Assembly (NCBI RefSeq): GCF_009914755.1 | Contig: NC_060926.1 | Reading direction: 5' to 3' (one strand) | Origin: the human T2T-CHM13v2.0 reference genome, Homo sapiens | Length of the DNA stretch: 64,000 bases | In this document: positions 1 to 13,500 of the stretch, one piece after another | Layout: the number at the start of each line of letters is the position of its first letter | Numbering within the stretch: the stretch's first letter is position 1 | The notes under the pieces: model-generated | What the model was told of the DNA's origin: nothing | Databases searched by the model: none | The model's input: only the letters and a program-made list of their open reading frames with translations | Translations under genes and position numbers: made by a program

Positions 1-59
1 TACTATGTCTCTTTATTTTGCAGTCCTCTGTGGATCTTGAGGCTCTTGTCCCTAATTCC

Positions 60-1500
60 TTTAAATGTTAACACATGGCTCATCTCTCTCTCCCACAATT
101 TTTGTCCCAAGACTCACATAGTTAATCTCCACATAGATTACCTTTCCAGCATCTGTCACTGAGTTGTTTGACTTTGTCATCATTTCACCTCAGTTACCTA
201 TTCCCAGGGTCATAACCTAGACCTTGGAATTACTATAACTGCAACACATCCATAGTCTCAAGCAGCCATTCTCCTATTAACGTCTCCCATTTTTCCATCC
301 CAGACCTACTTATTTTTGAACTCTAACTTTCACCCAACCACTGGGACTTCCAATCCATTAACCTTATCGAATTTTCACTGTTGATTTCCATCCCCTTGTG
401 CCTTTATTTCTTCCCCTATTGTTCTCATATTTCATAGCCCATCATTATAGTCACTCCATTGCAATGTTTTTCAGCTCCTTTGTCCCTCTCTTCCCGCTTT
501 TTACATATTTAACAAAATGCAGCTGGGATTAAATATTGGTCTCTTCCTACTCCAAATCTGGACCCAAATTTCCAAGTGGCCTTAGAAAAACACACAATCT
601 TGCTGACTAGTATCACTTAAAATTCATGATCATACATTTCAAGTGGATTCTTGGAATTTCCCAGAGAGACAAGAATATTCCCATAATCAACACACTCTGC
701 CACTCTCTCCTAGGTCCTTGCTACTCAATGTGTGGTCTAAGGGCCAGCAATAGAGGCATTGCTTTGCGCTTGTTGTTATAAAAGCAGAATCACAAACTGC
801 TCTCTGACTCAAAGTGTAAGAATCTGCATTTTAACAAGACACTCAGATAATTCTCATGTATATTAAAATCTTGGACTCTTTATTCTAAAAAAATTGTCTC
901 ACATTGGCTGAAGGTGCTCAGTCTTCTTTGCAATTTCTGTTTACCTTCCTAACTTCTAACATTAGGATGCTTTAGGGCTCATTCATCAGACCTGTTCTTC
1001 ATCTACACTTAACATGTCAGTTTAGATCATCCAGTCCCCTCCCTTTAAATACTTTCTAGAACTGCAATGGCCAAGTATATAATTCCAGTCAAGTCTTCTC
1101 CCATGTACTTATATTTTTGCATCCAGTTCTCATCTACTGTGTATCTCCACTGGCACATGTAATAGGTACCTCAAATTCAACATATCCACATATCCAAAAC
1201 AAAATTATCCATTTCTTGATCCATCCCTCCCCAACCACCAATCTGCTTCTCCTATAGACTTCTCTATCTCAGTAAAGGCAACTTCATTTTTAATGTTGGT
1301 CAAAACAAAACCGTGGCACAATCCTGATTTCTCTCTCTTTTGTGCCTTACTTCCTGTCCATCAAAAAGTCTAACCGGCTGCATTTTCAACTATATTCAAA
1401 ATCTGACCATAAAACTTATCCATTGCTAATACCCCAGCTGTAACCATCATTATCCTTCATGTGACATATTAAAAGCCTTCTAACTGGGCTTCCTTCTTTC
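60..1500 (+). mobile_element. Degraded L2 LINE fragments, interrupted by a MER5 element
   Basis: Pyrimidine-rich decayed sequence with L2-type phrases (GGTCATAACCTAGACCTTG; CACTGGCACATGTAATAGGTACCTCAAATTCAACATATCC; CTCAGTAAAGGCAACTTCATTTT). Boundaries approximate. Confidence 0.65.
712..880. mobile_element. MER5A/MER5B-like hAT-Charlie MITE
   Basis: GCTACTCAATGTGTGGTC...GAATCTGCATTTTAACAAGA...ATTCTCATGTATATTAAAAT resembles the MER5 consensus. Confidence 0.65.
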
Positions 1501-1504
1501 ACCT

Positions 1505-1704
1505 TGACCCCTTGACCACGTGGGTTCACCATCCATGGATCCAACAAACCAAGTATTGACATGTGATGCAGAACCTGTGGATATGAAGGGCCAACTTTTA
1601 TATTGAGAGCTTCACAGGGCCACCTGTGGGATTTGAACATCTGCAAGTTTTGGTATCTGCAAGGGTCCTGGAACCAATACCCCATGAATACAGGCAGATG
1701 ACTG
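1505..1704 (-). mobile_element. Tigger2-family MITE (MER8/MER2B-like)
   Basis: TTTTGGTATCTGCAAGGGTCCTGGAACCAATACCCC...GATGACTG followed by TA, matching the MER2/MER8 terminal region. Confidence 0.75.
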
Positions 1705-3297
1705 TACATATAAAAATCTCGATTCTGTGTAGACACACAAGTATATTTATAGTAAAATGGAAGATAATAAAACACACCCAAATGCTGATGATCAGGTTCT
1801 ATAAATTATAGACTTAGTATTAATACTCTATCCTGCTTTTCCACCTTGCATTTTGTCATAGGAATTTTATATAAAATAATTAAACAGTCATATAATGATT
1901 AAAATCATTAGAATCTACATTATTAGCTCCATAATTTAGCCATTCTCTTACTATTAGAGCTATTTAAGCTACAATTTCTGAATTTTCACTGTTTTAAAAA
2001 TAGCGAAACCTCCTTATACATAAATCTTTACTTATATTTCTAATTATTTTTTAAGACAGATTCTAACAGGTTGAATTACTGGGTTAAACAGAATATTCAA
2101 AAGACTCCTGATGAAAATAATCAAATTAACCTTCATAAAATATATGGTAATTAACATTCCTGTAAGTAGAATCTGCAAATTTAGATGCTATCACACACTT
2201 GATAGTCCGAAATTTTTCATTCATTAAAACATTGCCAATAATATAGATAAAATATTTCATTTTCATGAGAATATAGTAATGGATGTGATCAATTTTCCAT
2301 GTATTTGGAGACCAATTCTTAATGCTCATGTCTGCTTAGTACTCCTGACTCTCAGAAATTGGCCAGGGAGGCCTGATTCCTTCCTCTGTAGTAAAAAAAA
2401 AAAAAAAAAAAATTACTTCATTTACTCATTAGAATCAGCCTCTTGCCAAGCAACCTTTCATTATTCTTTTTCTAACGTTGACCTGACCCAGTGGCACCTT
2501 GCAATTGATTGAGCCAACATCTAATTAATGGGGTTTGTATTGATGGTAAATAAGCCACACTGTAATTTATAATGACTTTATTTCAGGAGTTATTTACCTA
2601 TGGGAAAATGAGATTTTTTTTTCTCTGTGAATTCAAACAGTGTCTCACTCAGAATCTCCAAATACACCCAAATAGATGTAGCACAAGAATGTTATATCTC
2701 AAGGCTTCCCAAGACAATATACCAAACCCACAATTTATCCATAGAAATGATAAACGGTTAATTGTTTCAATGTGATTTTCATGTCACTGTTATATCTTTC
2801 CTAACCAAAATAATTTATTGAACTTGCCTTACACAGTATCTTAAGTTTTACCATGATAGTGACCCTTTTGCTAATGAATTTCATTGCTTTCAGATGTGCA
2901 ACTCCTTACCAGGAATCAGCATTCACGCATGAGGCTCATTTAACTCACTGTCAGTCTTGGTCATTTTGGTCCATCTTTGATGAAAACTTATAGCTGAAAA
3001 AATTGTAGGTTGCAAGGAAGGACATTTCAGAATATAAAGCATTATTCAAGGAAAAGTAGGTTTTAGTGAGATTCCAAAGTTGGGGATGGTAAGATGGAAG
3101 TATACCCTGGGATTAATAATGCATTGGGAAATAAATTGGCAGTGCCTGCCTATAGAGCTACATTAAAAAATATTCTGGGACTAGACACGGCTCTTGTGGG
3201 AAATATTATAGTCAAGAAATGATAACTTCTAGCACCAGCAGATGAGGAAGGTGTAATATTACAGGTGCTGTATATTTGACTACACCGCATATTTGAC

Positions 3298-3473
3298 TAC
3301 AGTTCTCAAACACGAACTTGAGTTAGTATGCCCTAGAGGGTTTATAAAAACACAGATTGCTGGGCCCCAACACCAGAGCTTCTGACTAGGTAGATCTCGC
3401 TGAGGCTTGATCTTGAGTATCTGCAAGTGGTGCTGATACTGCTGGTCAGGGGCCACACTTTAAGAAACATTGG
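3298..3473. mobile_element. MER5A hAT-Charlie MITE
   Basis: CAGTTCTCAAAC...ACACAGATTGCTGGGCCCC...GCTGCTGGTCAGGGGCCACACTTTAAGAAACATTG. Confidence 0.8.
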
Positions 3474-3674
3474 TCTAGAGTGTTAGATGCCATCTGCCTA
3501 CTGTTGAGGACTGAAGGAATATGGAGTTGAGAAATCGATTACCTTGATCTCTCTGCTGAAGATTGAACACATTCAACCTGTTTTTGAACCTATAAAACGG
3601 AAATCTCTGCATAATATAATTCTGTTACAGCATAGGAAGCTCTTAGAATAAATTCTTATGGAACTTAACAGACT

Positions 3675-3801
3675 AGGGTTGCCAGATTTAGCAAAAGAAA
3701 AGAAAAAACCAACAAAATATTTTTATTACAAATATGCCCCATGTCATATTTATGTGAAATTCAAAGTTAACCAAGAATTCTGTATTTTATCTGGTGATGC
3801 T
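3675..3801. mobile_element. MER53-like hAT MITE (internally deleted)
   Basis: TAGGGTTGCCAGATTTAGCAAA ... GTATTTTATCTGGTGATGCTA, imperfect terminal inverted repeats typical of MER53. Confidence 0.7.
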
Positions 3802-4989
3802 ATATCTAACTAAACAGCATGTAAAAGCTTATAGAAAGGAAGAGTGCAACAAATCCATGTCCTAAACCAGAGATACAAAGGACTTAAACAAAGATTGCAG
3901 AAACACCATAGGACTAAATATGAATCCTCCGAATCCTCCTCCTCAAAATAGATGGTGCTCTGTAATACTGAGACAATGAAGGATAAAAGTCCAAAACGGA
4001 GTAGAAAGAAACCAAATAAGTGAAGTGATTGGAACTACATCTGTGTTACACCTCTTTCACTCTCTCACCATGTGAACTTGTCCTGTCATAGTCTTAAGCG
4101 ATCCAAGCAGCAGAGCAAGGAAACAGCTGGAAACTAAAAACATTTCCTACACGAGGCTGCATTAGCTTATATGCAATAAGGAAAACTGGGTATCTTTAAA
4201 ATTGAATTTAATGCAGAGATTTGCTTTTAAGCCAATGTCTTAAGAAGAGATAAAAGGGGAAGGTAAATTTAGCCCAAAATGTATAACTAAAGGTGATTTC
4301 TGCCCCCCATAGAACTGAAGAAGCAGAGGAGTGTTACACCCCAAGTCCAGGATCACTGTCCCATTGAACATGCTGTTGTTGGATCTGAGCTACTTTATCT
4401 GGAACCAAGACACACAAAATGATAGTAGCTATTGCTACTGTTTTGTAAAGCACCGACAGAAGCTAGAAAAAAATACATCTTTTCTTCTTCTTCTAATTTC
4501 ACTTCACTATTTCCCATTGGCTGAACGTGATGGAAAGCCAGTTGAAAAAGGAATGTTGAGAAACATAACTCATAATAATTTATAGGCATCCAGTCCTTGT
4601 TTCAAGGAAAGCATATTAAAGGATGAACATGAAGCTGAAAGACTATAGACACCATTTGGGAGAGTCCATTCCAGATGACTGTTCTTCATACTCATTCTTT
4701 CCATATTTAAACTTCCAAACAACAACTTTAACGATGTCAGGTTTCCACATAACTAAAAGAAACAGATATCTTTCATAAATACTAAGATAGACATTATTGC
4801 CTCTGAAAAGGGCACATATCAATTCAAATAAGTGACTAGATAATATTAATTCCACTTCCAGTTTTGTTAAAAGCCCACCTAAACAGATCATTAGCTAAAG
4901 ACTTTTGTACCTCCTCTTACATAATATAGTAGGAAAAATGGAAAGGAAAATATAAATACTACCTAATACATGTACATAACAAACAATAG

Positions 4990-6110
4990 GAAAATGTGAG
5001 CAGTTACCACAGTCTTCATTTCTGCAACTATCCATGAGAACATAGTTGATGTTATGACTTCCTTAGTCTGTGATCTATCCAACGTTCCCCATGCCCCAGC
5101 AAACATGTCAGCTGATTAGTGTTCTTTACCTAATTATTTATTCCTGAATTTCTGATTACTTGTTTGTCCTACTATTATTGGATTTCTGTCATCTTCCACT
5201 AATGTTTACTTCTGTGCAGAGAAGTACTAATACTAAGAGACAACCCAGAGAATCCCCTGGGTCTCTTAGTTTCTCCTGCCTCTGTGGGCAGCAGCATCCT
5301 ATTTCACTTTAATAAAAATAAGTGTACAGTACAGTAACCCCATATTTGCCTCTTGATTTGATGGCATGAGGAACTCAAAATGAGCAGGTAGCAGCCTCAA
5401 CTTTAATTTCATTGAAAACAACGTTGTGATGCTTAAACGTTTTCCTCCTGGGATCTAAAACTCCTAAATCAGAAAAAACTCAAGATTCTGGAAATGGGAA
5501 GTGAATGTTTGTGAGTGGGTTGTTAGAGGCATTAGTGACAGGAATCACTTGCTTCCACTCTTTACTTCTAAACTGCTGTATCTTGCTGTGAGGGAAACAG
5601 CATGGTCCATTCACCAAAGGTTCTAAGCATATATCACACTCTACGGGAAAACAGCCCAAACTCACAAGGTGTTGTCTTTCAACTGATAGCAAGTGAATCA
5701 TCAGACTGCCTCTATCATTCTATGAGGCCAGATGCTGTAGAATAATATGCTACATCCTATAACCATGAGCTCTATACAGCATGATTTCTGCCCCATGTAA
5801 CCTACTTTTCCATGCAATTTTATCTGTGTTGAAGATCTTACTGAGCTCAATATCATATATGGTACTAAAATGCTAAAATGCCAAAGTGCTGGTGCTACTA
5901 TCGATTCTCTTACTATCGCTGACTGGCAACACCTTCTATTTTCCTTCTCCTACCTTCTGACCTCCAGTAATTCCCCACTGGAAGAACCTAACAGAAATCT
6001 GCCCAGGAAAAGAGTATGAAATGTAATAAGCAAATTTCTAGCCCCATTGATAAAGAAATGTCTGTAAGACATTCACAAGTACGAAGCTGAGAAACAGCAA
6101 ACACCATCCA
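4990..6110 (-). mobile_element. Ancient ERVL-class internal remnant plus LTR-like fragment
   Basis: Minus strand near 5280-5470 resembles the decayed ERVL 'PLNWKLRLPPGHFGLLMP' region. Heavily degraded with no ORF; boundaries approximate. Confidence 0.5.
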
Positions 6111-6344
6111 ACACAAAGAGGGTCCTCAGAGAATATTAGGATGGAACATCATAGTAATCATCACTCACTCCTTCTCCCAATGTCAAAGCTACTATTAACT
6201 ATTTAAACTAATTCTTTCTTGGTCTAAAGCCCCAGCCCCTACTAAGAAGGAAATTTCTAATTTTTTGTTTGATGGGCAAAATTGAGTCTTACAGGATACA
6301 CAAAGAAAAATAATAATAAACAAAATACTACCATCATTAATCTA

Positions 6345-6570
6345 ACAATTACTGAGCCCTTAATATGAGTCAGATTTTTTTCTAATCATTTTATCTTTAT
6401 TATTTCACTGTGCTCTCAATCTGATGAAGAATTACTGTTAGAGTCCTAATCTCAAAGATGCAGAAAGAGGCATAAAGAAGTTGGTTTGCCCAAGGTTACC
6501 CAGCTAGCAAATGCCGCAGCAGAGATACAAACCCAATCTCTCTAGCTCCATAGTTGATGCTCCCAGTGCT
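6345..6570 (-). mobile_element. MIR SINE
   Basis: AAAGATGCAGAAAGAGGCATAAAGAAGTT...TTGCCCAAGGTTACCCAGCTAGCAAATG is the reverse-complement MIR core. Confidence 0.75.
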
Positions 6571-6972
6571 ATGATTATTCTGCCTTTCTGGCCTAATCTC
6601 ACTTTCACAGCCAAGGCCTCTTATGTTCTAACTGACATATTTTTTAAGAGGTTAACCGAGACCAAATTTAGGTTAACTGTCTCGTTGGGCTTTATTATCA
6701 ACATACCTAAATGAAAGAATTAACTATGTTGACATATATTAGACACATGAAAGCTATGACTTGAACCTGATTTCCTGTTATGTGAACATGGGTCTAACAA
6801 ACAGGTACCATTAAAGGAATAGCACAATGTCTGGCACGTAACAATGAAAGAACAAATACATGTCATGTGAATGGATTAATCATTTCTCTATGCACAGGTG
6901 TACTGTGCATCCACCATGTTTAATACAGAATAAACCCCCTCTTTTCTATATGATGTTTAAGAAGCTTCTTCA

Positions 6973-7279
6973 GGCTAGGTGCGGTGGCTCACACCTGTAA
7001 TCCCAGCGCTTTGGGAGGCCAAGATGGGCAGATCACATGAGGTCAGGAGTCGAGACCAGCCTGGCCAACATGGTGAAACTCCGTCTCTACTAAAAATATA
7101 AAAAATAGCTGGATATGGTGGCACATGCCTATAATCCCAGCTACTCAGGAGGCAGAGGCAGAAGAATCACTTGAATTCAGGAGGCGGAGATAGCAGTGAG
7201 CCAAGACCTTGCCACTGCACTCCAGCCTGGGTGACAGAGCGAGACTCCATTCGCTGTCCACCCCCACCCCCTAAAAAAA
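6973..7279 (+). mobile_element. AluS element
   Basis: Full dimer GGCTAGGTGCGGTGGCTCACACCTGTAATCCCAGC...GAGACTCCAT with a short A tail; AAGCTTCTT is repeated on both flanks (TSD). Confidence 0.97.
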
Positions 7280-9919
7280 GCTTCTTTAAATATGATATTA
7301 GGCATCTGTAAATTACTTTAACTTCATCTTTCATTGTGTCTCAAATCTCAGTCTAACATCTATATTTTTAAGAGAGAAAGGCAAAACTTACCAATACTTC
7401 TCAGGAAACTAGAAAAAGTTAAGGTTATAGGGCCACAAAGCCCAAAAGACATTTTACAGACATTTTCTGAGGTCAGACACCATGGAAGCAATATATCAGG
7501 GAGTCCTAAGTAAGGATTTGACTCCTGATGCCCTCTCTAAAGTCTTGAACACAGTTTAATTATCTTGGAGTTATGAATAATGTTGAAGCCAATTAAAATA
7601 AGGTTATAGTTTCAAGGGCAGACCCATAAAAATGAGCCTCTGGTTTTCACAGCAAACACCAAGAGAGTCTTTAGACATGAGAATTCCTGGTCATCCTGGC
7701 CCTGTATATAATCACAAGTCTTGATTCTCATTGTCCTTAGCTAATAGAAATGGAGATTGTAACGTGGACATTATTATCCTCTCATGAAAAAATTAGCAAT
7801 AAACGTCCTGATTGTCCTTTATCCTAGTAATATGTCTGGCCCAAAATAAAAGATAAAGGAGTCCCCTGATGAAATCAATAAAATAGAAACAATGACCCAA
7901 GGATCGTTTCTCCAAGTGATGTTTTTCCAACTTGTCATTCTTTTCCCTTTATGCACTTATCTCCATGCACTGCAAGGCTTCTTTCCTCCTGCTATCAGGA
8001 AGAAATTATTCAGTGTACTCCCTTTACTATGACTTTGGTCCATTTCTCTACTACGCTTCATCAAATTCCTTCATGAATGGCTCCACTTTTCCTTGCCCCA
8101 AACCCTTAGACAGCTGATTTCTATGGCACTCTCTTGCAAAATGACTTTTAATGGGTCAGCGAACCCTTAATTCACTCTTCTCTTTCTGGTCCTTACAATA
8201 TAAAAAGGTCAGACTGAGAGAGGGTTCAGTCAGTCATTCATCTGCAAAATAAACTTTTACTTCTTGGCCGGTTACCCAGGTGCTGATCTTCTTCTGTTCT
8301 ATTTCCTAATGTGCGTACATATTTTGATTTTTTAATGAAATCTTAAGGTGCACACTTCATACCTAACTGCATCCCCACAGCAGGTATCTCCTTAGTGTGA
8401 CAGGCGAGAGCATTATGCTAAGTAGATAATCACAACAATTAACTGAAAAGGTTATAATTTCATCCTGTTTGGTACTGTTGGCCTGTCAAAAATAATTAGG
8501 TTAAAATAGATCTCAAGACTCCCTCTGCAAATTTAGGGGAGAAAATAGAAGAAGAAAGAAAGAAAAAGGTGACAGCTAAGAACTTTTTACTTGGCCAAAT
8601 TAAATGTTCTGAAATTTCACTGCTGGCTGAAACACTAGAGAGCTATTTAATAGAAGAATCCTTTCAACTCAGTTGGAGGTATTTGGTTTCTGTTTCAATG
8701 CTTCTCAATACAAATATTGAAAATGTATAAGGCAAAATTTCAAGGCACAAGTTCTGACCAGAAAGATAATCTATCAACACTTACAAGGAAATGAGAAAAA
8801 TATATAGAAATAGTTTTCTTTACAGTTCTGACTTCTACCATCAATTTTGCTAGCACTCATGCTTGTATTTGTGTTCTAGGTATTTGTGTTCTGGCATCTT
8901 GTTTCCACTCACAGCCTAATTAGCTGTGGGATTTGGAGAAACTCATTTATGTCTTTAGCCACCACTTTCATTACTAAAAATTAAAAGCTCAAACTAAGAT
9001 GGTAAAGTATTACACAGATTTAACATTGTTTAATTATATTAAATTTTCCCATACCAAAGATGAACAGACTTCAGTGACAAAAGTTTGATTCAGTCACAGC
9101 ACTATCACTGCCATGAAAAGAGAGATTTTCTGTTTGATGTCATTGCTTTTATTCCCTTCTGTTCCTACTGTTTGTCTTGGAGGTGGGATTAGATGATTAT
9201 TATCATCTAATGCGTGCCCTCAAAAGACTTTCAGTCTATCTGGTGAAGCTGAACCTAAACTTATGACATAACTAGAAAAACAGAATATAAGGGACAGAAG
9301 ACGTGGGCTCAAAGCCCAATATAACATATTGTGGCTAGTCTAGGAATTACAAAATCACTGTGGCTTATATCATAGACTGCTTGGGAATTTCATGTAACAT
9401 TTTTTCAGACTCTAAAACAAACTATATATATGTATTATATTCAAATAAAAGTGGACCTTTCTTTAGTGTGGAAGATCACAAAAATACAGGATGAACAGCA
9501 TAGATGCAAACTGTATCAACGGCGCCTCTTTTCATGGATAATTCTTGTTATTTTTATACTGTCATAATTTATATTCTAATTTTTTCTAGAAAAAAATTTT
9601 GAGGATGTACTCTCTGCCTTTCAAATTTGCTTCTCCTCAAAAATTTTCCTATAAAAATTATAAAATAAATTTCCTATTTTTAATTTCACTGTATTTGTAT
9701 GTTTGACCTGCTTTTGTCAGCCTGTTTCTCATGCTTGCTACCAAAGCTTTGTTTAACACTGTTGCATGCCAGTGCACACTCAATTGTTCCACACAATGTA
9801 TCATTTATTTATACGCTCTCTCCTGGAAATTGGGAACTCCGTGGGCACGAAGATTTCTCCAATACTTGTCTTAAAACCCCCACTTCTTTACAGTGTTTGT
9901 CACGTAGTAAATATTAATA

Positions 9920-10680
9920 GCAGACATTGTTGGTTTCCTACGTAGTAACTATCCTTCCCCCTTTGCTCTTCCTATTGGAGCCCAGATTTCAATCAAGCAC
10001 CCACCATTTTCCACATAGCCATATGCTTCTGAAGAGGTGAGCCCTTACCCCGGTTGCAGAGAGAGAATCACATTCTAAAAGAGGCAATGATCTCATTCTT
10101 TCTGCCAGTGATTGAGGTCAAGTGATGATATTTGGAAAGGAAAATTTGTTCACACAATACAAATTCCCATAGGATGGTATTTCTAATTTTGTTCCCTGCA
10201 ATGATGCCATTACGGGCTCAGGTTCGTTTTATCTTTCTTCTCTGCCACTTTCAACAGGTTGACTTTATCCCCCGCCTGGACCTGCTTCTTTTTAAGATGG
10301 CAAACTACCAGTTCCTAGATGTCACCTGCAAATAAGAAAATGGCAGAGCAGAAATTTTTGCTAATAAGTTGTTAGGAAAAAGTTTTTTTAGTGTTATTGT
10401 AAATGATTTATCTTGCCAATAGAAATAGATATCACGCCAATAAAAATAGATTAAAAAAACTATCTCCTCTGCAACATTACCCTATTCTTTATATGTGACA
10501 GCAGGAACGTTGGCTGCCATGTGACGGGCCTAAGTAGACCCAGCTTGAGGACAAAGCCAGCATGCTGGGGAGGACAGGACAGAGAGACAGAAAAATCCCT
10601 GTTCACTTAACCAGTCTTGGCACCTGCTCTACCACACAACTTATCATAGAAACTAATTTTTTCTTTTTCTTTTTCATTGT
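9920..10680. mobile_element. Old MaLR (MLT1-type) LTR fragments
   Basis: AGCAGACATTGTTGGTTTCCTAC..., TTCTCTGCCAGTGATTG and GCTGCCATGTGAC...GAGGACAAAGCCAGCATGCTG resemble MLT1 LTRs; degraded. Confidence 0.45.
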
Positions 10681-10811
10681 CTAAAATTTTGTCTTACTGA
10701 ATGTTGAAGTACCACAAGAAAGACAATAATAATCTCTAAATAATAAATGAATTATTTTAATCCTGAAAGAACTACTGCCCTTAGAAAGGAGCCAAGACAT
10801 TTTGTCTAAAC

Positions 10812-11031
10812 CAGGGTTTCTCAAATTCGGCACTATTGACATTTTTGGCCCAGATAATCCTTTGCCATAGGTGGGTGGTACTGTGCATTGTACAATGTTT
10901 ACCAACATCCCTGGTCTCTACCCACTACATGCCAGTGGCACTCTACCACTTGAATACGACAATCAAAAATGTCTCCAGAAATTGCCAGATGTACTCTGGG
11001 AGGCCAACTTGCCCCGATATGAAAACTACTG
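10812..11031 (+). mobile_element. MER20 hAT-Charlie element
   Basis: CAGGGTTTCTCAAATTCGGCACTATTGACATTTTTGGCCCAGATAATCC...GAAAACTACTG, with an 8-bp TSD-like pair GTCTAAAC (10804-10811) / GTCCAAAT (11032-11039). Confidence 0.92.
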
Positions 11032-11249
11032 GTCCAAATCTATCATTTTATAGATAAATAAACTTAGGTTCAAAGAATAAAGTGACTTTCTCCAAGATCA
11101 CACAGCCGTAAAATAGTAGAAGGGAATGAAAATCCATGTGTATGAATTTTCAACACATGTTCATCATGAAACTACTCCTCATCTGTGGGCCACTGTGTTT
11201 GACTAATTAATAAATCACGCAACAATATACAAATGAAATAATGGAAATG

Positions 11250-11690
11250 TATTAGTACCAGGTTTGGCTGTGAGTAACCAAAACTAAAAATAAGAGTGTC
11301 TCAAACAAGATGCTTCTCTCTTGCATAAACCCAGGCTTTGTGGGAAGCCTCTATGACCACCATCCTGACTTCTCATAACTCCTTGCTTTACCAGCCTAAA
11401 TATATAGCTTCTGCTTCAAGGTCTAAAATAGGCAATTTAGCTCTGGCCATCATATCCTCATTTGAGTCAGGAGGAAGAAGGAAAAGAAGCAAGAAAAGTG
11501 TTTGTGACATCCCACCTCTAAGGACGTATCACATTTACCATATCATTTCCACCTCCTCCATGAATCAGAATCTAGCTCCAGGGAATGACAGGGACAGTAG
11601 TTTTTATTTGGAGCAGCTATCTTTCCAGCTAACAGCAATGGTTCTATAATTGAGAATAAAGGGAGGTAATATATTAGGAGACAATGAGAG
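11250..11690 (-). mobile_element. Old MaLR (MLT1-type) LTR remnant
   Basis: TGTATTAGTACCAGGTTTGGCTGTGAGTAACC...TCAAGGTCTAAAATAGGC...CCATCATATCCTCATTTGAG pattern; degraded. Confidence 0.5.
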
Positions 11691-13500
11691 TCTCAACTGG
11701 AAAAATGGGGAGGATAGAAAAACAGAGAACAGAACAGAGGAAAGCAAAGAGGAAAAGAAAAAAACAAATATAAATGTTAATTGTCTGGCACTTAGTAGGT
11801 CCTCAATAAAGATGACTTATCTTTCCCCTTTCAATCCTCCTACTTCTCCTGTAGAAGTTGTTATTTAAGCACTAACACTAGCTGTTCTGTCCATAGTAGT
11901 TAACTATTTAAAACTTATAGTGAAACCTAAATGCAACTAAACATATTAAAATTCAATGCAATGTTTCCGGTGTTTTTATTCAAACAGAGAAGTAGGGGTT
12001 TCATTCCCTCGTCTTAATTCTGAAAAGACTTCCATGTGAAACTTGATTATTATTACTATTATTATTATTTTTATTCTGAAGCTGTATCCTACTGTTTTCT
12101 GACATTAATTCATCATGTCAGCTGGGCTTACAGATTTTCCTTCTAAGCTAATTACCCAGGAAAGCTGCAGGAACACAACATATTATTATTGTTTTTGTCT
12201 CGTGCTCATTTCACAGCAGATGGAGTAAGAAATATGTTGCCTGACACATGGTTATTAAAGAAGTTCGCTGGTCAGTCACAACCAATCAGCTTTTTGTTTA
12301 CAAGGCTGAACATGCACTAGAAGTTTACATTCAAGGAGTTGTCTTAACAGTTTACATTGTCTTCAACTAAAACTTGAGGCTGAATTACTTTTTAATTTCA
12401 GATTTTAAAACAAATAATCTCATTTAAATTCCTGAAAACTATATGTCAAGAAAAAATGATTTGTTCATTTTTCTATTTATTCAAAAACTTTCACAGAGTG
12501 TCAGGCATTGTTCTGAATGCTCAGGGGTATTGTGTGTTATTGAATATTGGTAGAATATTGTATTCTATCAAATCAAAGGTAGAGGTAAGACTTTCAGATC
12601 TACTTCATCTACTGTAGAATGTGCTGCTTGACATGCCGGTCTGAGGTCTGCATATTTCCTCTGCACTCTCGGAGCAATCTTCCATATAATTGTACATCTT
12701 CCCATAGAGAATACAACTGCTGGTTCCCTTGCCTTTGCTCCTCTTAGTTTGCAAACTCTTCAAATAGAAAGGGTCATCTTAGTTACCTCTCAATACTCTG
12801 TACCTAGCACTCAACAAAAGTTGGTTTTACAAATACGGAAAAAATTATAAACAACTTGTCTCTTATTTATTTCAACAAAAATGTAAGCAATTGGAATATA
12901 CATTAAAAGTTATTCAAAATATAGAAGTGATAATGTAGCTTAGAAAAACCATGGAAAGATTCAAGAAAAAAAAAGCAATGACAATATTTTTCTGAAAAGC
13001 CTTTTACTCTGTCTCACCAGAAACTATTCTTACTACTCTAATTAGCTGCAACTAGTGTGGTAATGTCAAATGTCAAAGGCGGAGAAAACTCTAACATAGT
13101 TAATTTCATCTCCATCTGGTGAAATTATATTACATTTGCAACTTTTAAGAGTTAATTCTTGAAAAGTTACCATTTCTAAAGAAACGCATATGTAAGAGAT
13201 ATCTGCGTGAGTGGCTAATGCTGTCTCTTTACTCTCTTGATAGCTGTCCTGGGATGGATGAATTCACAGTGGCTGACAGGCTGGCCGTTCTACAGCTGCA
13301 AATGTCACTGTGAGCTAGATCTGATCAGCTGAGACTTTGCTGTGACCGGGTAGGATATAAATTCGAAAAGATCAAGTGGTAAGTTACTTTGTTTTATAAC
13401 AAAAAACATATTGAAACCAGGTAAAATATTTATGCAAATTTAGCACATTTTTTATTCATTAAGTTTGAATCTGGGAACTGCCTTAAAATGTTTTTAAAAC

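Noticed and set aside
1416-1781. 121-aa minus-strand ORF
   Set aside because: Lies over a Tigger2-family MITE and L2; no domain or splice support.
2860-3010. Candidate + strand exon after GCTAAT...TTGCTTTCAG (2892)
   Set aside because: Acceptor-like, but no convincing donor or open frame, and such motifs are common by chance.
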